A DNA stretch of 64,000 bases from Longimicrobiales bacterium (GTDB lineage Bacteria > Gemmatimonadota > Gemmatimonadetes > Longimicrobiales > Gaopeijiaceae). The first letter of the stretch is position 1. Every line of letters begins with the position of its first letter. The position numbers and the translations under genes are program-made. Location: contig OZ241892.1 in assembly GCA_965203485.1 (NCBI GenBank), positions 544,001 to 608,000 on the forward strand, written 5' to 3'. Positions 1 to 14,709 of the stretch are shown here, in pieces. The notes under the pieces are model-generated. The model was given only the letters and a program-made list of their open reading frames with translations, was not told the origin of the DNA and did no database searches.

Positions 1-1
1 C

Positions 2-358
<357 letters not shown>

Positions 359-395
359 CGCGCGAACGAGACCACAACGCGATTGGAGGCCAAGG

Positions 396-3300
396 ATGAT
401 TGACTTCGCCCGCAGGGAGGAGCGGCCGCGGGAGTTCGACTCGATCCGCGTGCGGCTGGCGTCGCCGGAGGAGATCCGGGGGTGGTCGCGTGGGGAAGTG
501 ACAAAGCCGGAGACGATCAACTACAGGTCGTACAAGCCGGAACCGAACGGACTGTTTTGCCAGCGCGTGTTCGGCCCGGAGAAGGACTGGCGGTGCGCGT
601 GTGGGAAGTACGACCGCATTCGCTACCGCGGCATGATCTGCGACAAGTGCGGAGTCGAAGTCACGGTTGCGCGCGTTCGCCGCGAGCGCATGGGCCACAT
701 CGAGCTGGCAGTGCCCGTGTGCCACATCTGGTTCTACAAGACATTGCCCAGCCAGATGGGCTACTTGCTGGACATGACGCTCAGGGACCTCGAGCGGCTC
801 ATCTACTACGCCACTTTCGTCGTGACCAACCCTGGCAAGGCCGAGCGGCACTACCAGAACACGATGATCGTGTACGACGACGGCGAAAAGGAATACGTGG
901 TTTCGCCCGTGGGGGAGCGCATCGTGGTCACGTACCCCGAAGGTTGGGACGCGGCGGCCAAGGCTCCACGGATCCGATTTGCTCAGTCGGAGGGCCGGGA
1001 CGGCCGCCTTGCCGAGGAGAAAGACGAGCCCGCCGACTTGGCCGATGCTCATGAACCCGTGTTTGTCCACAGGACGAAGAAGAAGGCCGTCAGGTTCGTC
1101 GAGACGGAGAAGGTCACGGAGAAGATTGCGTACTTGGAGCTCTTGTCCGAGGACGAGGTCTACGACTTGCAGGCGCAGGCCGCCTTGGAAGGCGACGGCG
1201 ACTTCAAGGCGGAGACGGGCGCGGAGGCGGTTCGGACGTTGCTTAAGCAGCTCGACTCGCCGGAACTGGCGGTTCGCGACAGGAACAAGGACGGACGCGG
1301 CCTGGACCGGTTGGCGGCGTGGTTGCGCAACGAGGTGGAGACTGAGACGTCGCAGCACCGCAAGCGCAAGAAGCTGAAGCGGCTCAAGATCGTGGACGCG
1401 TTCCGGGGCTCGGGCAACACGCAGGACAAGCGCAACAAGCCGGAGTGGATGGTGCTGGAGGCGATTCCGGTTCTCCCGCCGGACATTCGTCCGCTGGTCC
1501 CGCTGGACGGCGGGCGGTTCGCCACGTCGGACATGAACGACCTGTACCGCCGGGTCATCAACCGCAACAACCGGCTGAAGAAGCTGATAGACCTGGGCTC
1601 GCCCGAGGTGATCCTGCGCAACGAGAAGCGGATGCTGCAAGAATCCGTGGACGCGCTGTTCGACAACGGCAGGAGAGCGAAGCCGCTCCGCGGCCGTGGC
1701 AAGCGGCCGCTGAAGTCCCTCACCGACAACCTGAAGGGCAAGCAGGGACGGTTTCGGCAGAATTTGCTGGGCAAGCGGGTGGACTACTCGGGCCGTTCGG
1801 TGATCGTGGTGGGCCCGGAGCTCAAGCTGCACCAGTGCGGGCTGCCGAAGGCGATGGCGGTGGAGCTGTTCAAGCCGTTCGTCATTCACGAGCTCGAGAA
1901 GCGGGGCGAGGCGGAGACGGTCAAGCAGGCCAAGGTGCTGGTGGAGGCGGGACATCCGAGCGTGTATGAGGTGCTCGAGGACATCATCCGCGACCATCCG
2001 GTCTTGCTGAACCGCGCGCCGACGCTTCACCGGTTGGGCATTCAGGCGTTCGAACCGGTGCTGGTCGAGGGCAAGGCGATCCGCATTCATCCGCTCGTGT
2101 GCGCGGCGTTCAACGCCGACTTCGACGGCGACGCGATGGCAGTGCACGTGCCGTTGTCCTTCGAGGCGCAGATGGAGGCGCGGGTCCTGATGCTGTCGAG
2201 CAACAACCTGTTGCTGCCGGCGAACGGAAATCCGGTGACTGCGCCGACGCAGGACATGGTGATCGGGTGCTACTACTTGACGAAGCCGCCATACGACGTC
2301 GCGGTCTTGGAGCAGCGCGTCCGCAACCCCAACACGCCGGAGGCGGTGCGGGCCAAGGCGCAGGCCGAGTTCGACGCGCGCTACGCGAGCGGCCGGAGGT
2401 TCTCTTCGTACGGCGAGATCGAGGCGCTGCTCGAGCAAGGCCGGGTGAAGTTCCGCGATCCGTGCTGGTTCTGGTCTCCGGACTGGGACGCCGACGCGGG
2501 GTCTGGCGCCGGCGGGCCCGGCTGGATCCCCACGACGGTGGGCCGGGTGCTGTTCAACTCGATCATTCCGGCGCCGGTCGGATTCATCAACGAGACGTTC
2601 CGCAAGAGGGAGCTGACGGGCCTCGTGAAGAAGTGCTTCACGGACGCGGGCTTGGCCGAGACGACGCGCTTCCTGGACCATCTCAAGGACTTCGGCTTCC
2701 GTTGCGCGACGATCGGCGGCATATCGGTGGGCGTGGACGATCTCGAAGTGCCGCGGCAGAAGTCCGAAGTGCTGGAAGAGGCGGACGCCGACGTTGCGCG
2801 CTTCCAGGCGGCGTACGAAGACGGCGTGATCTCGGACGGCGAGCGCTACAACAAGATCATCGACACGTGGACGCATGCGAACAACGACGTGGCGGACGCG
2901 ATGGTGGGGCGCTTGGACCGGTCGAAGGGCGGTTTCAACCCGGTGTTCATGATGATGGACTCGGGTGCGCGAGGGAACCGCGACCAAATGCGCCAGCTCG
3001 CGGGCATGAGGGGACTGATGGCCAAGCCTCAGAAGAAGCTGACGGGCGGCCAGGGCGAGATCATCGAGAGTCCGATCAAGTCGAACTTCCGCGAAGGGCT
3101 GACGGTGCTCGAGTACTTCATTTCGACGCACGGCGCGCGCAAGGGCTTGGCCGACACGGCGCTGAAGACGGCGGACGCGGGCTACCTCACGCGGCGGCTG
3201 GTCGACGTGGCGCAGGACGTGACGATCACCGAGCCCGACTGCGGCACGGTGCTGGGGCTCGACGTGGGCGCGCTCAACGAGGGCGAGGACGTGATCGAGC

Positions 3301-5180
3301 CGCTCAAGGAGCGGATCGAAGGCAACGTGGCGGCGGACGACGTGTTCGACCCGGCCTCGGGCGAGTTGCTGCTCGAGGCGAACCAGCTGATCACGGAAGA
3401 CATCGCGGGCGCCATCGAGGGCGCGGGCATTCCGACGGTCAGAATTCGCTCGGCGCTCACGTGCGAAAGCAAGAAGGGACTGTGCCAGCTGTGCTACGGC
3501 CGCAACTTGGCGACGATGGAGATGGTCGACATCGGCGAGGCGGTGGGGGTCATGGCCGCGCAGTCGATCGGCGAACCCGGCACTCAGCTCACTCTCCGCA
3601 CGTTTCACTTCGGCGGATCGGGAAGCAGGGCGGTGCGAACCGAAGTCAAGTCTCCGGCGGCGGGAATCGTCGGCCTCGAGCGCGTCTCGACCGTGGAAGA
3701 CCGCGACGGGCGGCGCATCGTCACGTCCAAGGACGGACGCATCGTGGTCAAGACGAGCCATGGCCAGGTCGGAGGGAGCGTGCTGGTTCCCTACGGGGCG
3801 GTCATCGCCGTCGAGGAAGGCAAGCCGGTACGGGACGGCGACCCGCTCTTCAGCCAGGACCCGCACTCCGAGCCGATCGTGAACGACGTGACGGGCGTCG
3901 TGCACTTCACGGACATCGTGGACGGCCGGACCTTGCGAGAGGAGCTCGACGAGGTCACCGGACGACGCCAGCGCACGATCATCGAAGATCGCGACAAGAA
4001 GCTCCACCCGGTGGTCGGGATTCGGGCAGGCAAGTCGCCCAAGAGCGAGTTGCTCAAGGAGTTCATCATTCCGGTCGGCGCCCAGTTGCGCTGCACCAAC
4101 GGCAGCAAGGAGTTCGCCGGCGGTCTGATCGCCACGATTCCGCGCAGCGAGAGCCGGGTGGGCGACATCACGGTCGGCCTGCCCAGGGTTTCCGAGCTGT
4201 TCGAGGCGCGCAAGCCCAAGGACCCGGCCTTCCTCACCGAAATCGACGGCGTGGTGTCGTTCGGCGACATCAAGCGCGGCAAGCGCGAAGTGTTCGTCAC
4301 GCCTTGGGGGCAAGGAAGCCAGGAGACCTACGAGGTGCCTGCCCGCAAGCACTTGCGCGTGCACCAGGGCGACCACGTTCGGGCCGGCGACAGGCTGTCG
4401 GACGGGCCGGTCGACCCGCACGACATCCTGCAGATCAAGGGCGCCCGCGCCGTGCAGGGGTACCTCTTCGACGAGATCCGCAAGGTCTACAGCCTTCAGG
4501 GCGTCACGATCAACGACAAGCACATCGCGGTCATCGTGCGCCAGATGCTTCGCAAGGTGAAGGTCAAGCACCCCGGCGACACCGATCTGCTCGAAGGAGA
4601 CGCGGTGGACCGCGACGAGTTTCGCCGGGTCAACGACGAGGCCGTCAAGCAGGGCCGAAGGCCGGCCCGTTCGGAGCCCATGTTGCTCGGCGTCACCAAG
4701 ACCAGCCTGCAGACGAAGTCGTTCGTCTCGGCGGCGTCCTTCCAGGAGACGACGAAGGTGCTGACCGACGCCGCCGTGCGCGGTGCGCAGGATCCGCTCA
4801 AGGGCCTCAAGGAGAACATCGTAATCGGCCGCTTGATCCCCGCTGGGACGGGGATCCACAGCTGGGCCGAGGTGGACTTCGAAGTCGAGACCGAGTTCTA
4901 CGAGGACGAGATCCTGCCGCTGACGGCCTTCGAAACCGACTTGTCCGAGCCGGTCTTCTCGGCGGATACGGCGATGCCCCAGAGCGAGGACGACATACTG
5001 GACCGGCTCTCGCGGCAACCCGATGTTGTCGCGGACGGACTTCCGGCGGAGTCGTCGGAGAGCAAGGTAGACGCGATCGTAGCCGCCGCCATGGCAGGGC
5101 GCGAGGCGTCTTCCGGCGCCGAGCCGGCCGGCGGGGCTCCCGCGACCGAGGACCCAGCCGCCGAGGAGACCGGCTCGTGA
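396..5180 (+). CDS. rpoC: RNA polymerase beta' subunit
   Basis: Zn-ribbon cysteines, NADFDGD catalytic motif, bridge helix [15 protein letters not shown], trigger loop; GGAGG RBS upstream. Confidence 0.99.
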   Translation: MIDFARREERPREFDSIRVRLASPEEIRGWSRGEVTKPETINYRSYKPEPNGLFCQRVFGPEKDWRCACGKYDRIRYRGMICDKCGVEVTVARVRRERMGHIELAVPVCHIWFYKTLPSQMGYLLDMTLRDLERLIYYATFVVTNPGKAERHYQNTMIVYDDGEKEYVVSPVGERIVVTYPEGWDAAAKAPRIRFAQSEGRDGRLAEEKDEPADLADAHEPVFVHRTKKKAVRFVETEKVTEKIAYLELLSEDEVYDLQAQAALEGDGDFKAETGAEAVRTLLKQLDSPELAVRDRNKDGRGLDRLAAWLRNEVETETSQHRKRKKLKRLKIVDAFRGSGNTQDKRNKPEWMVLEAIPVLPPDIRPLVPLDGGRFATSDMNDLYRRVINRNNRLKKLIDLGSPEVILRNEKRMLQESVDALFDNGRRAKPLRGRGKRPLKSLTDNLKGKQGRFRQNLLGKRVDYSGRSVIVVGPELKLHQCGLPKAMAVELFKPFVIHELEKRGEAETVKQAKVLVEAGHPSVYEVLEDIIRDHPVLLNRAPTLHRLGIQAFEPVLVEGKAIRIHPLVCAAFNADFDGDAMAVHVPLSFEAQMEARVLMLSSNNLLLPANGNPVTAPTQDMVIGCYYLTKPPYDVAVLEQRVRNPNTPEAVRAKAQAEFDARYASGRRFSSYGEIEALLEQGRVKFRDPCWFWSPDWDADAGSGAGGPGWIPTTVGRVLFNSIIPAPVGFINETFRKRELTGLVKKCFTDAGLAETTRFLDHLKDFGFRCATIGGISVGVDDLEVPRQKSEVLEEADADVARFQAAYEDGVISDGERYNKIIDTWTHANNDVADAMVGRLDRSKGGFNPVFMMMDSGARGNRDQMRQLAGMRGLMAKPQKKLTGGQGEIIESPIKSNFREGLTVLEYFISTHGARKGLADTALKTADAGYLTRRLVDVAQDVTITEPDCGTVLGLDVGALNEGEDVIEPLKERIEGNVAADDVFDPASGELLLEANQLITEDIAGAIEGAGIPTVRIRSALTCESKKGLCQLCYGRNLATMEMVDIGEAVGVMAAQSIGEPGTQLTLRTFHFGGSGSRAVRTEVKSPAAGIVGLERVSTVEDRDGRRIVTSKDGRIVVKTSHGQVGGSVLVPYGAVIAVEEGKPVRDGDPLFSQDPHSEPIVNDVTGVVHFTDIVDGRTLREELDEVTGRRQRTIIEDRDKKLHPVVGIRAGKSPKSELLKEFIIPVGAQLRCTNGSKEFAGGLIATIPRSESRVGDITVGLPRVSELFEARKPKDPAFLTEIDGVVSFGDIKRGKREVFVTPWGQGSQETYEVPARKHLRVHQGDHVRAGDRLSDGPVDPHDILQIKGARAVQGYLFDEIRKVYSLQGVTINDKHIAVIVRQMLRKVKVKHPGDTDLLEGDAVDRDEFRRVNDEAVKQGRRPARSEPMLLGVTKTSLQTKSFVSAASFQETTKVLTDAAVRGAQDPLKGLKENIVIGRLIPAGTGIHSWAEVDFEVETEFYEDEILPLTAFETDLSEPVFSADTAMPQSEDDILDRLSRQPDVVADGLPAESSESKVDAIVAAAMAGREASSGAEPAGGAPATEDPAAEETGS

Positions 5181-5242
5181 GCGTCCGGGCCGGCCGTCGT
5201 TGCGCAACCGGCCTCTCCGGCCAAGCGGCCCGTCTGCCGGAT

Positions 5243-5271
5243 TTGACGAGCCGGGGCGCCGTCGCTATGCT
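5243..5271 (+). promoter_or_regulatory. sigma70-type promoter for rpsL-rpsG
   Basis: TTGACG (5243-5248), 17 bp spacer, TATGCT (5266-5271), about 95 nt upstream of rpsL. Confidence 0.75.
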
Positions 5272-5364
5272 TGACGGCTCGTTTCTGCGCGTCGCCGTTC
5301 GCTCGGGCCCCGGCGAACGGAGACCGGCGCACACCATCACTCCGAGAGGTTCGGTTCAGGCGCG

Positions 5365-5736
5365 ATGCCCACGGTAAACCAGCTCCTGCGGAAGGGCCGC
5401 AAGCGCCATTCCAAGAAGACCAAGTCGCCCGCCCTGCAGCGAAATCCGCAAAAAAGGGGCGTCTGCACGCGGGTCTACACCACGACGCCCAAGAAGCCCA
5501 ACTCGGCGTTGCGCAAGGTGGCGCGCGTCCGTCTCACCAACGGCCACGAGGTGACGGCCTACATCGGGGGCGAGGGACACAACCTCCAGGAGCACTCGAT
5601 CGTCCTGATCCGCGGCGGCCGCGTGCGCGATCTGCCCGGCGTGCGCTACCACGTCGTTCGGGGGACGCTGGACGCTGCCGGGGTCGGGGAACGCAAGCAG
5701 GGACGCTCCAAGTACGGAGCCAAGCGGCCGAAGTAG
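5365..5736 (+). CDS. rpsL: 30S ribosomal protein S12
   Basis: [28 protein letters not shown]. Confidence 0.99.
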   Translation: MPTVNQLLRKGRKRHSKKTKSPALQRNPQKRGVCTRVYTTTPKKPNSALRKVARVRLTNGHEVTAYIGGEGHNLQEHSIVLIRGGRVRDLPGVRYHVVRGTLDAAGVGERKQGRSKYGAKRPK

Positions 5737-5757
5737 GCCCGGGACACGAGCAACCGC

Positions 5758-6228
5758 ATGAGTCGCCGCAGCAGGGCCGTCCGCCGCGAGATTCCCGACG
5801 ATCCGCGCTACGGATCGCAAGTCGCCCAGAAGTTCATCAACGGACTCATGTTGAACGGCAACAAGTCCCTTGCCGAGCGCATCTTCTACGACGCCATGGC
5901 CATGGTCGAGGAGAAGTCCGGCCAGCCCGCCATCGGCGTGTTCACCCAAGCGCTGACCAACGCGAAGCCGGCGTTGGAGGTCAAGAGTCGGCGAGTCGGC
6001 GGAGCCACGTACCAAGTGCCGATCGAAGTGCGTCCGGAGCGGCGTCAAGCTCTCGCGATCAAGTGGCTGATCGGATTCGCGCGCAACCGCGGAGAGCGCA
6101 CCATGGCCGAACGCTTGGCCGGCGAGTTGCTCGCGGCGGGCCGCGGCGAGGGCGCCACGGTGAAGAAGAAGGACGACACGCACCGCATGGCGGAGGCCAA
6201 CAAGGCGTTCGCCCACTACCGCTGGTAG
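5758..6228 (+). CDS. rpsG: 30S ribosomal protein S7
   Basis: [26 protein letters not shown]. Confidence 0.99.
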   Translation: MSRRSRAVRREIPDDPRYGSQVAQKFINGLMLNGNKSLAERIFYDAMAMVEEKSGQPAIGVFTQALTNAKPALEVKSRRVGGATYQVPIEVRPERRQALAIKWLIGFARNRGERTMAERLAGELLAAGRGEGATVKKKDDTHRMAEANKAFAHYRW

Positions 6229-6288
6229 CCTCCCGGCGGCCGAACGCGACTGCGAGCCGGGAGCGCCGCCGCTAGTTCGCCGTCTCCG

Positions 6289-8820
6289 TCAATGCTTCGG
6301 CGTGAGCGTCCACCGCTCCGCAACCACCGACTCGACGCGCTCCCGGGAGTAGAAGACCGGGAAGTACTGGTCGGCGGCCCAGAGTTCGAAGAGGTTGCGG
6401 TAGAACGGCGAGTCCGGATCGCCGGACTGGCCGGGGGCGTTGGCGCCGAGCGTGCGGTCCCAGTCGCCGGTGTCCACGATGATCCGAAACGAGGCGCCCG
6501 AAATCTGGTTGTCTCGGTTGCCCGTGTTGTTGAGCGTGTAGCTGTTTCCGCCTCGCGGCGCGGGCCCGACGGACAGGCGCCCGGCCAGCGCGTCCGGCAC
6601 GGCGCCCGAAAGAGGATGGCGGATCGTCGCGTGCTTGTAGGCTGGTTGCCCGTAGCGCCACGCCCTCACGTCGTCGCCCAGCTTGGTCTCCAGGTCGCGG
6701 ACGGCTTCCTCCAGGCTGCGGGCCAGGAGCGCGTCGCGCGCCGCCACGGGGTCCGGGCCAAACTGCTCTCCCGGCGTCTGCAAATGCGCCAGGATCTTGC
6801 TCATCGCCATGCCCCGCAGGAAGCGGCGGACGGCGCCTGCGGGCGCGACGGCATCGTAGACGTTGCGTTGCACTCGCCGCTCGAACGCCACGTAGATGCC
6901 CGCCGCGACCGATCCGGGCGCGAGCGCGAAGTCCCACTCCAGCAGGCGCCGGCGAGCCTCCGCCGCGGCGGGCATGCGCGGCTCCACGCGGCCGAGCATC
7001 GGCGCCAGCGCGCGCGCCGGCAACGACACGTAGTCGGTCTGGAGCTCGGCCATGTCCTCCAAGGAGTGGCGGCGGCCCGAGTCCAGCACCTCCGACGCCC
7101 GGCTCCACCGGTACGGATCCGACCATTCCCACCCGATTGCGTCCCGGTGAGGGTAGTCCGGCGGCGTCAGATGGTTGTTTGCGGTAGCGAAGAATCCTTC
7201 GGGGGGATTGAGCGCGCTGGGCTTGGCCGGAATCGGCAGGTAGCCGTCCCATTCGTAGCGGCCGTCGCCCGGAACCGGGACCAAGCCCGACCAGTTCCGC
7301 CGGACGGGCGCGATTCCCACGGCCTGCCAGCCGATGTTTCCGTCGCGATCGGCCCAGACCATGTTCTCGCCGGGGATGTTCGAGTAGCTGCACGCCTCGA
7401 CGAACTCCGCCCACGTCCTGGCTTGGTCCATGCGCAGGCTGGCCAGGTACGGGGCTCCCCCGGGCTCCAGCCACGCCGCCCGAACCGCGTAGGCCACGTG
7501 GTTCTCCGGATCCTCGTGCACCACGGGACCGTGGCGGGTGTACCTGAGCTCGGCTTGGTGCGCCGCCTGTCCCTTCACGGGGATGTCTTCGACGATGACC
7601 GTCATCTCTTCCCACCCGTCGCCGTATCGGTAGCGGTTGGGATCGGCGGGATCCGTTCGATACACGTAGAGGTCCTCGCCGTCGGTTCTGAAGACCGTCA
7701 GGCCCCACGCCCCGTAACCGTTGTGGCCGATGCTCACTCCCGGGATTTCAGGCTCGCCCGCGCCGATCACGTTCCAACCCGGGCCCACCAAGTGCACCCA
7801 GTACCGCAGCGACGGCGCAGACTGTGCGCGGTGCGGATCGTTGGCCATCATCGGAAAGCCGCTTTCCGCGAGCCGCCCGCTGACCACCCAGTTGTTCGAG
7901 CCCGTGCTCTCGCGGTCGCCGCCGCGCCAGGCGCCGGCGAGCCCGCTCTCCGAGCCCGTCTCGCCGATGCCGGCCGCCGCGCCGGCGCCAGCTCCGCCGT
8001 CCAGCAGCGCCCGTGCCGCGTCGCCGCCGCGATGCTCCGGCGCCAGGTGCTCCGGCCGAAAGCGGATCGGCCCCCTGAACGCGTTGTACAATCTGAGGAT
8101 GTCGGCATTCAGCAAGGTGCCGTCGATCGCCGGATCCAGCTCGATATCCGGGTCTCCGGGGTGGAAGTTGGCGACCTGCTTGACGGCTTGGCTGCCGGCG
8201 GCGGCGACGGCCCGGCCGTAGTTGAGTTCCGCGCCGATGTTGCCCAGCAGTCCTTGGTGGCGGGAGATCACTACCTCCGGCGTCCACGGCTGGGGCCGGA
8301 TTCCCAGCAGGTCGAACTCGACGGGCAGCAGCGACGGGTCGGCCTCGGTTTGCCGTATCCAAGCGTTCACGCCTTCCACGTAGGCCGAAATGATCTCCGA
8401 TCCCCGGTCGTGGTAGTGGTTCGTCTCCTCCGTCATGTCGCCCCGGTACTTGAAGAGCCGGAAGCCGACATCGCGCTCGATCTCCGACGGCCCCAGCATT
8501 TGGGCCGCCGTCCCGGTTGCCTGGGCGCGCCACACCTCGAACTGGAAGAGGCGGTCCCGCGCCGCGGCGTAGCCCTGCGCGAAGAACAAGTCGTGCTCCG
8601 TTTCCGCGTAGATGTGATTGATGCCCCAACGGTCGCGAAGAATCTCCACCGGCGCCTGCAAGCCCGAGACCGCGACGCGCCTCTCCGGCGACGCTTGCTC
8701 GCGGCCGTCGCCTTCCTGGGCGACTCCGCCTCCGGCGTGGCTGCCCGCAAGGGCGGCCGAGACGGCCAGCGCCTGGATCGCGCGCACGGCGGCGGAACGA
8801 GAATCGACCTTGGCCTTCAT
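6289..8820 (-). CDS. Secreted penicillin acylase family Ntn-hydrolase (peptidase S45)
   Basis: Signal-like N-terminus, RDRWGINHIYA, AQGYAAARDRLFQ, G|SNNWVV nucleophile site, NDPH, TRHGP, PGQSG. Start taken at MKAKVD (8820), not the longer ORF-track start. Confidence 0.93.
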   Translation of the reverse strand: MKAKVDSRSAAVRAIQALAVSAALAGSHAGGGVAQEGDGREQASPERRVAVSGLQAPVEILRDRWGINHIYAETEHDLFFAQGYAAARDRLFQFEVWRAQATGTAAQMLGPSEIERDVGFRLFKYRGDMTEETNHYHDRGSEIISAYVEGVNAWIRQTEADPSLLPVEFDLLGIRPQPWTPEVVISRHQGLLGNIGAELNYGRAVAAAGSQAVKQVANFHPGDPDIELDPAIDGTLLNADILRLYNAFRGPIRFRPEHLAPEHRGGDAARALLDGGAGAGAAAGIGETGSESGLAGAWRGGDRESTGSNNWVVSGRLAESGFPMMANDPHRAQSAPSLRYWVHLVGPGWNVIGAGEPEIPGVSIGHNGYGAWGLTVFRTDGEDLYVYRTDPADPNRYRYGDGWEEMTVIVEDIPVKGQAAHQAELRYTRHGPVVHEDPENHVAYAVRAAWLEPGGAPYLASLRMDQARTWAEFVEACSYSNIPGENMVWADRDGNIGWQAVGIAPVRRNWSGLVPVPGDGRYEWDGYLPIPAKPSALNPPEGFFATANNHLTPPDYPHRDAIGWEWSDPYRWSRASEVLDSGRRHSLEDMAELQTDYVSLPARALAPMLGRVEPRMPAAAEARRRLLEWDFALAPGSVAAGIYVAFERRVQRNVYDAVAPAGAVRRFLRGMAMSKILAHLQTPGEQFGPDPVAARDALLARSLEEAVRDLETKLGDDVRAWRYGQPAYKHATIRHPLSGAVPDALAGRLSVGPAPRGGNSYTLNNTGNRDNQISGASFRIIVDTGDWDRTLGANAPGQSGDPDSPFYRNLFELWAADQYFPVFYSRERVESVVAERWTLTPKH

Positions 8821-9061
8821 GCGAGTTCTTCCTTGTGGAGTCTGCGTGGGCGCGCCGCGCGCAGGCCGGCGGCGCTTGGCGCACCATCGGAACCGGGTCG
8901 TGCTCCGTCCCCGCCAAGCTAGGCCCCGGCCCACGGTGAAGCGAGCGTCCGCCCGCGACTCCGGCCCCCGCTTGGTCGTCCTCCGCGCCGTCGCCAGCCG
9001 CCTCGTGTGCCGCCGCGTCCGCTTTGCGCCCGCGCCCTTCGAGCGCGGCGCGTGCCGCCCG

Positions 9062-9090
9062 TTGACGCGGGAAGCCGCCCGTGCTACCGT
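9062..9090 (+). promoter_or_regulatory. sigma70-type promoter (extended -10) for fusA-tuf-S10
   Basis: TTGACG (9062-9067), 17 bp spacer, TGcTACCGT (-10 at 9085-9090). Confidence 0.7.
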
Positions 9091-9134
9091 TCTTGGTCTG
9101 TACCAAAAACGGGGAGAAGCCCTCTGGGCCTGTC

Positions 9135-9167
9135 GGGCGCGCTTGGCCGCCAAGCGCGCCCTTCTTC
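9135..9167 (+). terminator. Terminator/attenuator-like hairpin in the fusA leader
   Basis: Perfect 12-bp stem GGGCGCGCTTGG-ccg-CCAAGCGCGCCC followed by TTCTTC. Confidence 0.5.
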
Positions 9168-9307
9168 GGCTTGGAGTCCCCGAAAGAGATTGCGACGCCG
9201 GCAAGCCCGTTGCCAGGTTCGGAACTTCGGGCGTGGCCGTGGCGGTCGCCTCACGAAAGGCCGCCCGTGGCCGCACGACAACGATCAATACGCGAGAACA
9301 CCGTTAG

Positions 9308-11398
<2,091 letters not shown>

Positions 11399-11417
11399 GA
11401 CCGGCGAGGGGGTAGAG

Positions 11418-12608
<1,191 letters not shown>

Positions 12609-12653
12609 CGCCGCGGAACGCGCGGGGGCGAACCCAGGGGAACGGACCGAGCC

Positions 12654-12995
12654 ATGGCAACGAAGACCGACGAGAAGCCGAAGGTGATGGCCGACCGGAT
12701 CCGCATCCGCCTCAAGGCGTTCGATCACTGGGTCGTGGACCAAACCGCCGCCGACATCGTCCGCACGGCGCAGAAGACGGGAGCGACGATCCGGGGCCCG
12801 ATCCCCTTGCCCACGCGCCGCCAGCGGTGGACCGTGTTGCGCTCGCCGCACATCGACAAGAAGAGCCGCGAGCAGTTCGAGTTGCGCACGCACAAGCGCC
12901 TCATCGACATCGTGGAGAGCCGGCCCCAGACGATCGAAGCGCTGACGACGCTGGACCTTCCGGCCGGCGTGGACGTCGAGATCAAGGTGGACTGA
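12654..12995 (+). CDS. rpsJ: 30S ribosomal protein S10 (alternative start 12687)
   Basis: [32 protein letters not shown]. Confidence 0.98.
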   Translation: MATKTDEKPKVMADRIRIRLKAFDHWVVDQTAADIVRTAQKTGATIRGPIPLPTRRQRWTVLRSPHIDKKSREQFELRTHKRLIDIVESRPQTIEALTTLDLPAGVDVEIKVD

Positions 12996-12997
12996 CG

Positions 12998-13609
12998 GTG
13001 CCCGGACTGATCGGCAAGAAGGTCGGGATGACCCGCATCTACGGCGACGAAGGCGCCGTCGTCCCTGTGACGGTGGTGGAGGCCGGGCCCTGCCGCGTGC
13101 TCCGGGTGAGGCCCGCCGACGGCTGCGACGCCGTGCAGGTGGGCTACGGCGCCAAGAAGACGAAGCGGGCAAGCAAGGCCGAGATCGGCCATGCCGCGAA
13201 GGCCGGCGTGGACGAGGCTCCCCGCCTGATCCGCGAGTTTCGCGCTTCCGGCGGTCAGAAGTACGAGCCGGGCCAGACGCTCACCGTCGAGCTGTTCGAG
13301 GCGGGGGGGCAAGTGCGCGTCACGGGCGTCACCAAGGGGCGGGGCTTCCAAGGCGTCGTGAAGCGGCACGGCTTCAGCGGGCGCCCCGGCTCCCACGGCC
13401 ATCCCATGGCGCGCAACCCCGGCTCGATGGGCCCGGGCACCGATCCCTCCCGTGTCATCAAGGGCAAGAAGCTTCCGGGCCGCATGGGCGGCGCGCGCAA
13501 GACCATTCGCGGCATGTCCGTCGTCCGCGTCGATTCCGCCCGCAACCTGCTGTTCCTTCGGGGCGCCGTTCCCGGGGGGCGCAACAGCTACGTGTTGGTT
13601 CGGAGATAG
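12998..13609 (+). CDS. rplC: 50S ribosomal protein L3
   Basis: GTG start; [31 protein letters not shown]. Confidence 0.97.
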   Translation: MPGLIGKKVGMTRIYGDEGAVVPVTVVEAGPCRVLRVRPADGCDAVQVGYGAKKTKRASKAEIGHAAKAGVDEAPRLIREFRASGGQKYEPGQTLTVELFEAGGQVRVTGVTKGRGFQGVVKRHGFSGRPGSHGHPMARNPGSMGPGTDPSRVIKGKKLPGRMGGARKTIRGMSVVRVDSARNLLFLRGAVPGGRNSYVLVRR

Positions 13610-13611
13610 CA

Positions 13612-14394
13612 ATGGCCATGCAGGCGCCCTACGTCAAGGCAGCTGGCGAAGCCGCCGGCGCCGTCGACCTCCCCCCGGCGTATTTCGACGGCAAGGTCAA
13701 CGAGGCCGTCCTCCACCAAGTGGTCAAGGCGCATCTGGCGAACCGCCGCCGCGGCGCCGCCGCCAAGAAGAACAGGGCCGCGGTTGCGGGCGGCAGCCGC
13801 AAGCCGTGGCGGCAGAAGGGCACGGGCCGGGCGCGCCAGGGGACCATTCGCGCCGTGCAGTGGCGGGGCGGGGGACGCGCGTTCCCGCCGCGTCCGCGCT
13901 CGTGGGCCGAGCGCGTGCCCAAGCGCGTCAAGGCGCTGGCCAAGCGCTCCGCCTTCAACAGCCGGGCCGCCGACGGGAGGCTGGTGGTGATCGAGCGCTG
14001 GGATTTCGATACGCCCAAGACGCGCGCGTTGCGGACGCTGCTGGCGAAGCTGGACGTGCCGGGCCGGGTCCTGCTGCTCACGAAGGGCGTCCACCGCGAA
14101 CTCTACTTGTCGAGCCGCAACCTCCCGTCTGCGCGCGTCGTGCCGTTCGGCATGGAGTCCGCCTACGACATCGTGCGGGCAAGCGCCGTCGTCCTCGAGG
14201 AGAGCGTCCTGGCCGGCTTCGCCGCGGATGCTGGCGTCCACGCCGGACCGGCTTCCGCCGAGCCGATCCCTTCCGACGAGGAGCCGGCCCTGTCCCGGGA
14301 CGCGGCCTCTTCCGCCGGGGCCCGGTCCGATGCCGCGGCTCGGGACGAGAACGCGGCCTCTTCCGCCGAGAGGGCGGATGGAGCCGCAGAATGA
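13612..14394 (+). CDS. rplD: 50S ribosomal protein L4 with acidic Ala-rich C-terminal tail
   Basis: [14 protein letters not shown]; operon position. Confidence 0.97.
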   Translation: MAMQAPYVKAAGEAAGAVDLPPAYFDGKVNEAVLHQVVKAHLANRRRGAAAKKNRAAVAGGSRKPWRQKGTGRARQGTIRAVQWRGGGRAFPPRPRSWAERVPKRVKALAKRSAFNSRAADGRLVVIERWDFDTPKTRALRTLLAKLDVPGRVLLLTKGVHRELYLSSRNLPSARVVPFGMESAYDIVRASAVVLEESVLAGFAADAGVHAGPASAEPIPSDEEPALSRDAASSAGARSDAAARDENAASSAERADGAAE

Positions 14395-14702
14395 AGCGCG
14401 AGGCCTACGACGTGATCGTCGCGCCGGTCGTCACCGAGAAGACCACGGCGCAGATGGATCGGAGCCTGTACACGTTCGTCGTCGCCACGAAGGCCAACAA
14501 GCACGAGATCGTGCGTGCGGTGGAGTCGCTGTGGGACGTCAAGGTCAAGGACGTCCGCACCATGCGCTATCCGGGCAGGGCCAAGCGGGCGCTCTTGGGA
14601 CGCATGGCCAAGAACATGAGGATGGGTCGCGTCCCGTCCTACAAGAAGGCCGTCGTGCAACTGGCCGACGGCGACGAAATCGACTTCTACGAGGCGGGGT
14701 GA
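14391..14702 (+). CDS. rplW: 50S ribosomal protein L23
   Basis: [24 protein letters not shown] overlap with the rplD stop. Confidence 0.96.
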   Translation: MKREAYDVIVAPVVTEKTTAQMDRSLYTFVVATKANKHEIVRAVESLWDVKVKDVRTMRYPGRAKRALLGRMAKNMRMGRVPSYKKAVVQLADGDEIDFYEAG

Positions 14703-14709
14703 CGAAGCC

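Noticed and set aside
8821..9288. Arg-rich N-terminal extension of the acylase in the ORF track
   Set aside because: Low-complexity translation of intergenic DNA containing the fusA promoter and leader; the signal peptide follows Met at 8820
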